From Candidatus Omnitrophota bacterium (GTDB taxonomy: Bacteria; Omnitrophota; Gorgyraeia; Gygaellales; Profunditerraquicolaceae), in the NCBI GenBank assembly GCA_022710715.1, contig JAKLGJ010000002.1, positions 309,453 to 373,452 on the forward strand: 64,000 nt of DNA. The letters are read 5' to 3'. The translations under genes were made by a program, and so were the position numbers. The notes under the pieces were generated by a model. That model saw only the letters and a program-made list of their open reading frames with translations. It did no database searches and had not been told where the DNA came from. Within the stretch, counting starts at the first letter, position 1. Each line of letters begins with the position of its first letter. Of this stretch, positions 25,501 to 37,500 are shown in pieces.

Positions 25501-28500
25501 ATGGTTATCCGGGATTATTACGCGCGAGACAGCGCAGTTGCCGGGCTGCAGGCGGCATTGGCGGAGCTGCCGTATCTTTCCCGAATCGGCGTGGAGCATA
25601 TCGTGCTTATCGGTTTGATGCAGCATACCGGCAGTCCGTATGAAGTGCTTGATCCTCGCCGGATCGACGAGCGCGCCGGCACTCCGGCTGATCTGGAACG
25701 GTTTGTCCGATCCGCGCATCAACTCGGGATCAAGGTGTTGATCGATTGGCTGGCTAATCAGCATGTCGCCAAGACCAGCCCGCTGGTCCAGGAATTTCCG
25801 GAGCGCTTCCTGTATACCACTGCCAGCGACGGCAATTATTTCAGCGAAGAGCGTCTTGCGCTGGTCAGGGGCAGCGATCTGCCCCGCGATGAGCTGATCA
25901 GTTTGATACAGACAGGCAAAGCCTTAAACGCTCACATCCAGGCCGCGGGCATGCCCCTTGATGGAATCGTCGATCTTGGCGGCCGCCGGATAAAAGTTAT
26001 GCCGGCGCGTCGCGATCTGCGGGAAGTCATCGGTTACCGTAATGCCGATAAGGAATTCATCGCTCCCGAAGCAGCTCTTTTTCCCGTATCGGCGACCGAT
26101 GAAGTGCCTTTACGCTGTTTCCCCAGAAGATGGGGCTCGTTAGCTCAACCCGATCTTTCTTATCTTGAGACGAGAGCCGCGGCTATAGCTATCGGCGCCT
26201 TCTGGCTGGATAAGGGTATCGATGGATTCCGTATTGACGCCGCGCTTTCCACTTTTCCGGATAAAATACAGGAGAATTGGGGGCTGGAGGTAGCGGAGAA
26301 CCTGTCCCGCGATTTCATACTGGCAATGCGCGAGATCGTTCCGGAGGCGTTCATCCTCTTTGAGGGTTTTGAGCGGCATTCCGAATTGCTGGAGATCGCC
26401 GACCGCAGATATACCGGTGTTTACAACTGGAAGCCGCGCAATCTGGTTACGGAAGCATTGACGGATCGCACCAGGCTGGCAGCGCTGGGCGGGTATATCC
26501 TGGAGCTCGAGGGTATGCCGCAGCATATCCAGACGCATGAAGTCAGCCTCGGTCCGGAACATGACGCGTATGATTTCGGCGACGCCTGGGCCCGGCTGGA
26601 CGCTGCTTCCAAGCAACTGATGTATTTTCTCTATCAGGTGCTGCCCGGTTACCTGCTTGTTTTCAACGGCCAGGTTTTCGGCAGGGATCACCTCTATAAG
26701 GGAGTGTACGAGCTGTCCGCGGAAGTCCCCCGGTTCGAGACTATTCCCGCGCAGGAGCTGGCTTCCTGGGAACAGCTCTTCTCGCTGCGCAAGCGGTATC
26801 CGGCGCTGGTCAGAGGAGAGTATCTGGCGCTTTCCGATAAGAACGCGGATGTTTTTGTCGTGGCCAGATTCGATGAAAAAGAGATCGTTCTGGGGTTGCT
26901 TAATCTTACCGCGGAAAACAGATCCGCGGAAATTTCTCTTGAATCGGTGATCGCGCTGCAGGCTACCGGACCGGCCGGAGAGATGTCTTACCGCGTGTCC
27001 ATGGAAACCATGGGGAGGGAGAACAGCGAGAGCATGATCTTCTCATCGAAGTTCAGCCTTACCGTGCCGGCCAGGTCCGCCATGATCATTCGTTTCGAAC
27101 CTGTCCCGCAACCGGAGGGAGTTCCCGACGGCGGCGCGGAATTCCGTCCGGTTAAAGTGGGCGTGATCGGCGCCGGATATATGGGATTGATTACCGCGGT
27201 GTGCCTGGCCGACATGGGGCATACTGTTGTATGCATGGATATCGACAAGGAAAAAATCGGTCAACTGAATAAAAAGACCGCGTATTTCTATGAGCCCGGC
27301 CTGGATGATCTGCTCGGGAAGAACATGGAAACGGGCGCCATCAGATTTACCACTGACATGGCGGATACGGTTCGGTCCAGCGAGATGCTTTTGTTATGTA
27401 TCAATACTCCGGTCAAGGATGACGACAGGATGGATTATGCATATATTGAATCGGCAGCCCGGGATGCTGCGCGGTTTATCCGGGAGCCGAAGACCATTGT
27501 TGTCCGCTCTACCTGCACGGGCGGAGCAACCAGACGCCTGCAGGAGCTCATGAATACATTGACGGATGCGAAGCTCACCATGGTTTTTAACCCCGAGTTC
27601 TTAAGCGAAGGGACCGCGATAAGGAATTTGATGGAGCCGGACCGTATCGTCGTAGGCGTGGAGGATGAACCAGGTCGCCGGGCAATGGAAGAATTGTACG
27701 CGCCGCTTATCGATCGGCGAATCCCGTTCATCGTTACCAGCATTCCCAGCGCGGAAGTGATAAAATTGACGTCCAACCTGTATCTTACCGCCAAAATCTC
27801 TACCATCAATGCGATTGCCAGGCTGTGCGAAGAGACGGGAGCGGATATTACCGAGGTTTCCCGGGCCGTAGGGCTCGACAGGCGCATAGGCGTGGCATTC
27901 TTGAATGCGGGCCTTCCCGCGGGAGGGTCGTGTCTGCCTAAAGATCTGCGCGCCATGGTGCAGATGGCGCAAGATTCAGGATGTGAGTTCAAGATCGGCG
28001 CAGCTATACGCGACTCGAGGGCACAGGAAATCGAGCGATTCATCGAACGAATCGTCAAATTTAACGGAGGCTTGTCCGGGAAAACCGTAGGTGTGCTGGG
28101 CGCGGCGTTCAAACCGCATACCGACGATATCAGGGGATCCGTGGGCGTGGATATTCTGAAAGTCCTGTCCGCCATGGATGTAACCGTCAAAGTGTATGAT
28201 CCTCAAGCGATGCCGAATCTTAAACAGCTGAATCTTCCGTTGAATTACGGTGCCAACGTGTATGATGTGGCCAGGGATAGCGACGCGCTTATTATCATTA
28301 CCAACTGGCCTGAATTCGGGAAGCTCGATCTGCAATTGCTGCGGAGCAAGATGACCAGGCCGGTGATCATAGACGGGTGGAATATGTATGATCTGCCGAC
28401 GATGGAACAGGCAGGCTTCACCTATATTTCCATCGGGAGGCCTGCGGTCATTCAGCCGCAGGCGGACGCTCGAAGAACGGAAGACCTGTTTTCGGACATC

Positions 28501-31500
28501 GTATGCATGCGTGGCGGGAATCTGGATGTCAATGGCACGCTTGCGTCGGCGAAGGGGAAAATCGACCTTGGAACATGGGTAGATATCGCAGGCTTCAGCC
28601 TGATGCGCGGCGTCCCGATGACGGATTCGTTATCCGCTTTGATGCGGTCGGGCATAGTGCTTCTGGATGCGTTTGACCAGCTTCCTCTTGCAAAGCGTCT
28701 TACTTTCTTAAAAGGTCTTACAGCGCTTGCCCGGCAATATCCGCAGGAACTCGAAGAGCTTCTGGCGCGGCTGAACGTACGATTGATCGATATCATTGAG
28801 AAAACGATGACATATCCACGGTCATATCCCCAGGCATTGCCTGAATTATACGAGGCATTGTATCAGGCGGGGTTGGATAACCCGAGGGGGTATCTACCCC
28901 GGGGCATTCCTGCCGGGATAAAAGTGCGCGCCGGACAGGTTTTGGTTGTCGGTGCAGGCAAAATGGGCACAATGAGCGGCGCTTTGATCGGCCGGATCAT
29001 TGCGGCATTGGGAGATGATTTCACTTTTCTGGGGGTAGTAGAGCCTCGGGAAGAGAATATCAGATCATTCACAACGCATTATCTGAAGAAGAACCCGGGC
29101 GCATCCTTGCCGTCATTTTTTGGCTCGATAGCCGAGTTCAAGGCCGCCTCTTCGTTCGATCCCGCGAAAACCGCAGTATATATCGCAACGCCCGACAACA
29201 CCCATTGTGCCGTTCTCAAGGAATTGGCCGCACTGGGAATTACCAGATTCATCCTGGAGAAACCCATAGCCGGTTCACAGGAAGATATCGATGCGATCAT
29301 CCGGCTGCGCGACGAAAAAGGCCTGCATATCGTTATCGATGAACAATTCTTGTATGCCCTGCCCATGCTGCAGGTTAAGGAATATTTGAAAAGGACAGCC
29401 CGCATACCGCTGATGGTCACTCAACTCGGCATAAAAGACCGGACAGCGGATTCGGCCAGCGGAAGAAATATCGAGACCGCCAACATTTTTTATTATGATC
29501 CTTTCCACGCCATATCTATGGCTAATGATCTTCTGGGCTCCGGAGCGGCCGAGGCGGTATTCATGACCGATATGGTCCTGGATGACCGCATCATCGCTTC
29601 CCACGGCTCGGGAGTGGCCATCATGACGCATGAGAAAGGAACGCAGAAAGCCACGGGTGTCATTGCGATGGAACACGAACGGCCGGGAAAGAATACGTTC
29701 GACAGGATACTGAACATTTACAGCAGGGATAGCGATTCGGCTGATTTGAATCTGGTTACCGTCAGCTTCGGTTTTGCGCGGTACTTATTCACCCATCTTG
29801 AGATTGTTGATCAGCACGGAAACGTATTGCAGACCAAAATCGACCAGGATGAAACGCTGACCCTTTCGCTGTATCATTGCCTCATCGGTTTATGGAGCGG
29901 CGCAAAGGTCGTTTCGGAAATAGATGCCATCCTTCTTACCCACGATGTTTTAAGCCAGACGGATTATTTGGCGAATACAGCCAGGCCTTCGGCAGGCTCC
30001 GTGCAGATGGCGGCTATTCATAACCGTGACGCCATGGACTATTTCGAAGATACCGTTTCAGGCATGGCGAAAGGGTATCGGTTCAGGACCGGCCAGGTAA
30101 ACGGCAATATGGAATTAGGCCAGCTGCAGGCCGTCGAGTTCCTCTGGGTAGTGCGCGGCGCGGCGAAAGCCGCTTGTAACGGGCGAGAAGCCATTCTGAC
30201 TGCCGGGGACCAGTTGACAGTGCGGCCCGGCGATCGCGTAGAATTGAGAGGAAGTTTTGATTACGCGCTGGTCGTTTTGTCGGAAACGGGCGCCCGGGCA
30301 TGGGAGACAGCCGTCACTTTCCTGAAAGACGTCCCCGATATCTCCGGCGGATGCAACATAGACCGGAAAAAGCCTTTTCGCAGGACACTCCTGGATGCCG
30401 TAGGAATCAACGGTAGCGACGGTATAAGAGCGCATGTGGTAAAGATTAACAAAGCTACGTCACATCCGCACGCGCATCCCTATTATGGAGCAGGCATATC
30501 TCAAATGGAGTTGTACGTTGTCCTTGATCCTGTCGAATTAGGCATGGCGCCGGAGTATAACCACGGCACTATCGATCTGCTGATCCCATCGTATGCCGGC
30601 GACGACGCAACATACAGATTGTTTAAAGTCGAGACTCAACCCGGAACAGCTATCGTGTTTCCCCCGGGCATCGGCCATCAGGCGGACGGGGTATACGCAT
30701 TGGTGCTCGCGCTCTTGCCCGGGAGCGTTGCGGAAGAGGCGATCGATCTTACTTCCGAGTTTGACGGCGGCGCGGCTCTCGGAGCGCCGCAGCCGGAATC
30801 ACCGTTTCATGTTGTGCACGTTTCTTATCAGGACCCCGAGCATATCGCTGGCGGCCAGGGTGAAGCGGTTCTCAATATCATCCGGGCCCAGGCAGACCTT
30901 GGATACTCGACGACCTGGATATCGCCGTGTGTTAATGACGAAATACCGGGGGAATATCTTTACAGCAATTATAATCTGCAATTGGTGAAGATCAGGATCC
31001 GGGATGACCCGGTAGCGACATTCTTCGATAGCACTGAAGAAACACAGGGTTGCCGCGAAAAATTCGGCAGTTTGTTCGTCGATTACATACAAGAACGATA
31101 CGACCCTTCCCAGGCCTATATTCATCTTCACGGATTTATTGAAGAACCCCGCCGCGCCGCGGCATTACGCAGTCTCGGTTTTAACGTTACTTCTACATTC
31201 CATATGTTTTTGTCGCCGCGCATGGATACGACCAGTGACCATAACGCGTTTTATCCGGAGCTCAAGCGTATCGAATATGAAGCGATAACCGCGAATTCCA
31301 AAGTTATTGTGAATAGCAACGCGATGCGGGAGGAATTGCTGGCGCTGGCAGGCGATTATGCGGGGGATGTGCATATGGTTCCCAACGGTGTCGGGGAAGA
31401 ATATTTCGTTTTATCCGACACTGAAAAGGATGCAGTTCCGCTGGTGACCACCTACGGCAGGATTTCACCCGAAAAGGGGTTCGATACATTTATCGAAGCA

Positions 31501-34500
31501 GCACGCATTATTACCGACAGGCGCCGGGCCCAAAGCAAAAGTCCGGTCAACTTCCTTGTTTTCGGAAAGAGCAATGATGCTATCTCTGCGCGTAAAGAGT
31601 ACCGGCTGAAGCTGGAGCGGCTGGCACGGGATTACGGCAATATTACTTTGAAGATGAGCGGTCCCGGGGTCAGCGATGCCGAGAAGCTGGAGTTGATGCA
31701 GAGAAGCTGGGTGGGGGTGGTTCCGTCGTTATATGAGCCGTTCGGCCTGGTGCTGGTGGAATATATGGCCCGGGGAGTGCCGCTGATTTCTTCCCTGACT
31801 CACGGGTCCAGGGATATCCTGGAGACGGCGCATCCGGGCAGGACGCCCTACGGCATTGTCGTGGATGTCGAGGCTCAGCAACTGGCCGACGCCATCGAAG
31901 AGCTGATTGACAAACGGTCATTAGCAGAAGAGTTGGCCGCGAATGCCCGTACCAAGGCTCTCCAGCAGTATCGCTGGATGCCTATTGCACGGAAAATTCT
32001 TGATATTTACGCGACCGAGAGCTTCTCGGATTTTGAACTCGCGCCGTTCACCCGGGAAGAAAAGCTGGATGCGGTGGCAGTGATGCATGCTATTGAACAG
32101 GCGGACGCGCAGGGCTACGTAGAATTCCTGAGGCCGCTGTTCAGGTCATCCCGCGGGCATAATCGCGCCCGTGATATAGAGCGCATGTTTGAGAACGGCC
32201 GGTTGTACCAAATCTTTCCCCATTTGAAGCTTCTCGCCAGCAAGGAGATGTCCGGCCATCCTGCGCCGCACGAGATGTTCCATGCCCTGGACAGCCTGGT
32301 CAGGCTTGATACTGCGGGGTATTCCGGCATGCGCAGGTTTACGTTCGAGCGCGCAGGCAAAAATGCAGGCGCGCTTCCAGAGGTCGATTTTACCGCGATC
32401 CCCGGGTTTACCGGACTAATCAAGAGAATTTTCTCCCGGACCGACGAAGAAATGCGGGAGATCCTGTTTCTGCTGCCGTTTATCGTGGATATCGGCAGAT
32501 GCGTCAAGCCCCAGGCGCATCCTGAAAGCGGAGCGTTCTATTTTGTAAGCCCGCTTTTAAGCAGGCTCGGCTTCAGCCGGCAGGCTATTGAGACGGCAGT
32601 TGCACTTGTCGGCAAGCATGTGGATATCGGCACGATCGTGACCACCGAAAGCACTCCTGACCGGCTGTTTGCCGGATGCCAGCTTTCCCGGGACGCCATG
32701 GATATTTTAACCCTGGTTGCTATCGCTGACAGAAGCTATGGGATCCGAGCCGATGATCTGACTGTTTTCGAATTCCGCGCCTACCTGGCTTGGGGCGATC
32801 AGGATTCGCCGGAGAGAAGCCAGTGGCAGAATACCGCTGACTGGCATCTGCGCAGGCTGGGCAGGTATTTGAAAATGACTCCCGGAGAAGCGCAGTTGAT
32901 GCTTGATGCCATGGTTGCCGCCGGCCAGCTGGACGCCCGGGATCTGGAGGCCATCAGGCATTTCTTCGGAATACAGATCGAATTTATCGATTACGGCGAC
33001 GGAGTATTTAAATATATGACCGGCAGGCCGGACGGGAAGGAGCTTTTTGTCAAGACGTTGGCTATCTACGCCAGATACCTGTCCGCGATCAGCGCGCCGA
33101 TTAACCGGGTCAACCTGGTTAAGGATAGGTTGTATGTCATGGCTTTGACCAATGCTATGCGCTCTCTGTCGTACTCTTCCTCTCCCGAGGAGATTGTAGA
33201 CCATCTGGCTGCTTACGGTATCGCCTTGGTTCTTGTCGGGAATACCACTCTGGTGACCAGGATTACCGATCCCATTGGCCATCTGCGCAGGTTATGCGAA
33301 GAGCGCTGGGATGCGCTGGTGAATACAGCCTTAGCCCGCCAGGTGCAGGAGCGCGGCATTGAGGAAGTCGAGCAGGCGGTTGATCTCGGGCAGGAACCCG
33401 GGATTATCTGGTTTGCCGAACAGATCAAGTATAAAGTGCTGGACGATCCCGAAGGTATAACGCAAGTGAAGGATATTCTTCCTTCGGCAGAAAGCAACTA
33501 TCAGGTTCAGTACAATGTCAGCCGGGGAGTTCAACGCGGTGTGGGAAGAGATACGGTTCCGGCAGCCAATCAATGCGATTTCTGTCGGATGGCTGTAGGA
33601 AAAGATACCGAAGGCCAGTTGCAGGATCTTGAGGAGGCGCTGGGCTTGCCCTATGTGCTGGTTGCCGACAGCCGTCCCTTCTTCGATCGGCACATGCTGG
33701 CGCTGGAAAAGGACCATACCGGAAAGATCACACAGGAAGGCATGCGGGATCTGTTGACCATCTTCAATACCCTCTTCCCGGGGAAAAGAGGCAATATCGG
33801 AACCGGGAATGCCGCCAGCCACCTGCATATCCATATTTACAATACGAGATTTCCCGTTGAGCGGCAGCCGCGCACCTGGTTGCGCGATTCCGGCGATGTG
33901 CGTGTGGGTGTATTTGAAAACGATGTGCATACCGCCGGATTTGTGGTGGAAAGCGCGGATATGGAAGCTTTATCGGCCCAATCTTACCGGATCGTCCAGG
34001 AAATCGAGTCAAAGGGCTGGCTGGTGATCCTGATCACCGCTCCCCATCAGGTGTACATTATCCCACAGCGGACCAAGGAGATAGGAAGCGATTATCCGGA
34101 TATATTCGACGGGTTCAAGAGAACGCGGCGCCCTGAAACCAGGCCGCGCTACGTGGGGCCGGTGGAGGCGGCAGGCATCTGGCTGTGCTACAGCCGGGGC
34201 AATATCCCCGCCATGTACGAGATGTATGACGCGATGAACCTGGAGATATTCCGCAACATCATCAGGGATACCGGCGTTAACCGCAATGATCCCCGGCTGG
34301 AAGAGATGCTTGCGGGATTGACTGTTGACGGAGGCACTGCGGATCCGGAGGCTCTCGCGGTTTTTAAAGAACAGATGGACGCCAAATGGGAGGCATTGCT
34401 GAACAGGGATCTGGAAGCCAGGGTTGCGCGGGAAGGCATGGCGCGGGTGGAAGCGGAATCCGATCTCGGCCATGAATCGGGGATCGTCTGGTTCCCGGAC

Positions 34501-37500
34501 GAGATAAAATACAAAGTTCTCGACAATCCGGAGGGTGTGCGGGAAATCGGCGGCGTGCGGCCTCCTGCCGACAGCAACTATATGGTACAGCATAACGTCA
34601 GCCGCGGCGTGGCCAAATATCATGACGGCGAAGGCTGCGGCTTCTGTGGAGTGGTCAGCGGCCGGAAAGATACGGATACTATCCTGGCCGATCTCGAGGA
34701 TGTTGTTGGCCTGCCGTACATGCTGGTTGCCGATACCCGTCCGTTTTTCAACAAGCATATGCTCGCCCTGGAAAAAGGCCATACCGGAAGGATTACTGCC
34801 AGCGGCATGCGTGAGCTGCTGACGATCTTCAATACCTTATTTCCGGGCAGAAGGGGTAATATCGGCACAGGCAATGCCGCGGAACACCTGCATATACATA
34901 TTTACGATACCGAATTCCCGATCGAACGCCAGGAACGCAGTTGGCTGGTTGACACTGGAAAAGTCAGGATCGGGTTGCTGGAGAGCGACGTGCATACCGC
35001 CGGCTTCGTAGTGGAAAGCGCGGATATGGATAAACTTTCAGACTATGCCTACCGCATCGTCTCCCGCGTCGAGTCCAACGGCTGGCTGGTGATCCTGATC
35101 ACCGCCCCCAACCAGGTCTATGTCATTCCCCAGCGCACCAAGGAGATCGGGGATAATTATCCTGCGATCTTCGACGCTTTCAAGAAGAGCCGGCCTGCGG
35201 GCTTGAGGCCGCGCTACGTGGGGCCGGTGGAGGCGGCAGGCATCTGGCTGTGCTACAGCCGGGGCAATATCCCCGCCATGTACGAGATGTATGACGCGAT
35301 GAATCTGGAGATATTTCGCAACATCATCAGGGATACCGGCGTTCCCACGGATGACGAAGCCCTGGGTGCAATGCTTGATGCCGTGCGATCCTACGGTCGG
35401 GAATTAAAATCGGATCAGCAGAAGCTGGCCTTTATCGATAACTCCCGGGTGGCGTACGTTGAATTACACCTGACCAATACCTGCCAGCTGAAATGCGGCT
35501 GGTGCGCATATAAGGGGGTGGATAAGAAACAGCATCTGCAGTTTGGCGACCTCGACAAGCTGCAGGAGTTGAATCCGGAAGAAATCCTTTTTGTAGGCGG
35601 AGGGGAACCCACGCTTTACCGCGATGCCCGGGCAGGTAAAGATTTCAACGATGCCGTTCTGCGTGTGCGCCAGCTGTGCCCGCAAGCCAAGCTGCGGCTG
35701 ATCACTAACGGCGTGGTCGTCCCTCCAGGCGAATGGGTCCGCGAGATTTCGGAGTTGAGCATATCCTTCGACGAGCCGACCCGTGAAGGATACCGGGAAC
35801 ATAAAGGTGCGGATAAGTTTGCAGATGTATGGGATAACATGGTCTATTATATTCGCGACAGCCCGATTCAGTCCAACCGTGTTACACTGATCTACAATAA
35901 AGAAAAACTCGAAGCTGCACTGATGTTCGCCGGAAAACTCTGGCGCATGTGGCAGGAAATGACGGATAAAGGGGCACTGTCGCAGGAAAAGGCAGACAGC
36001 TTCCGCTATATGATCTTTCCTATGGCCGATGACAGTAGCCCGGATGCGCCGTATGCGGAAACGAAGCTGACTGATCAAGAACAGCAGGAATGGCAATTGC
36101 GTATGGAGCGTATTCGCGGGGAGAATCCCCGCTGGTACCGGTTCCTGGCGGACCATACCAACCTCATTGTCCAGCCCTTAAGTGTTCTTGACGTGCCGTC
36201 GGTAACCCGCTGCCCTACGGTGACCAATTATCTGGTTATGGCTGCGGATAGACAGTATTATCCGTGTTTTGCCATGTGCGAAACCTGCAGCAAAGTCACC
36301 CTGGGGTCCGTTGAGCAGTCGATGCAGGAATTGGCAACGCGAAGGGCGGCGCTTTACCTGCATCCCGACGAGCGCTGTAAAGAAGGGTGTCGGCCCGGAG
36401 CGACTTTTTACGGGGTGCGCGCGCAGGGTCTTTTTGCCGAACAGTTCAGGAATCGGGTTTTTGCTACATGGCAGGGGCTGGTAGAAACCAAGCTGGCTGC
36501 GGATGTGGATCGGGCCGGCATAGAAACCGTTGAGAAAGAAACCGACATTGGCAGGACTCGAGGCATTGTCTGGTTTCCCAGCCGGATCAAATATAAAGCG
36601 CTGGGAGATGCGTTTACCAAAGAAATCCGGGCCGGGCCGCAGGCTCCGCCTGCCGGCTCATATCTAGTCCAATACAACGAGAGCCGGGGTACCAGCCGCA
36701 GCGAACCCAAAGGCTGCGTTTTCTGCCAGCCCAGAGAGAATCTGATCCTCGCCGACTTGGAAGATTATTTCGACCTGCCGTATATCCTCTACGCCGATTC
36801 CCGCCCCTTCTTTGATAAACACATGCTGGTTATTGCCAAAAGGCACACCGGTGTGATCACGTTGAACGTCCTGCGCGATTATCTCTGGATATTGAATACT
36901 CTTTTTCCCGGATTGCGTGGCAATATCGCAACCGGCAACAAGATGGCGCATTTTCACCATCATATCTATGACGTCGAATTCCCGGTGGAGAGAAGGCCCA
37001 AACGCTGGTTGATCGAATCAAAGCTGTTTAAGTTCGGCACCGTCGATAATGACGAGGATACCGCAAGCTTTGTGCTGGAAAGCGAAAACAGCGATATCCT
37101 GGCGCGCAAGGCTTTTATCGTGATCAAGGAACTTGAAGCCCGCGGTTTGCTTACCTGCGTCGTCGTCGCGCCTCATCAGGTGTATATCACTCCCCAACGC
37201 ACCAAGAGCATCGGTGACGATTATCCGGATGCCCTGGTGCCGTTTACCGCGCATGTTCCTGCCGGCGTGCGTCGCAGGTTTATCGGGCCGGTGGAGACCG
37301 CGGGAATATTCCTCTGTTACAGCCGCCCGGATATACAGGCGATGAAACAGATGTATGAAGGCATGGATTATAGTCTGTACCAGCGCATCCTGCGGGATGT
37401 CGGTGTTTCTCGTGGGGACCCGGCGATGGCTGACCTGGAAGCCCTGTTTGCTCTGGTGCTGGACGAGGAAAGATTTTTCATGAGCCTCTTCGACATGCAG

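Noticed and set aside
27100-27160. Possible internal translation start at a module junction (GGAGGGA at 27114-27120 upstream of V-K-V-G-V-I-G-A-G). The same question applies to other junctions.
   Set aside because: No stop codon precedes it, the spacing to the GTG is too long for a typical SD, and other junctions lack SD/ATG pairs. There is no evidence that modules are separately initiated. Processing, if any, is more likely post-translational at the DGG sites.
34141-35353. The near-identical 148-bp repeat pair as an assembly artefact (collapsed or duplicated repeat).
   Set aside because: Both copies are in frame within otherwise diverged (about 75% identical) paralogous units, at a codon-exact 1,065-bp offset. 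That fits gene conversion in a genuine tandem duplication better. It should still be confirmed with long reads.
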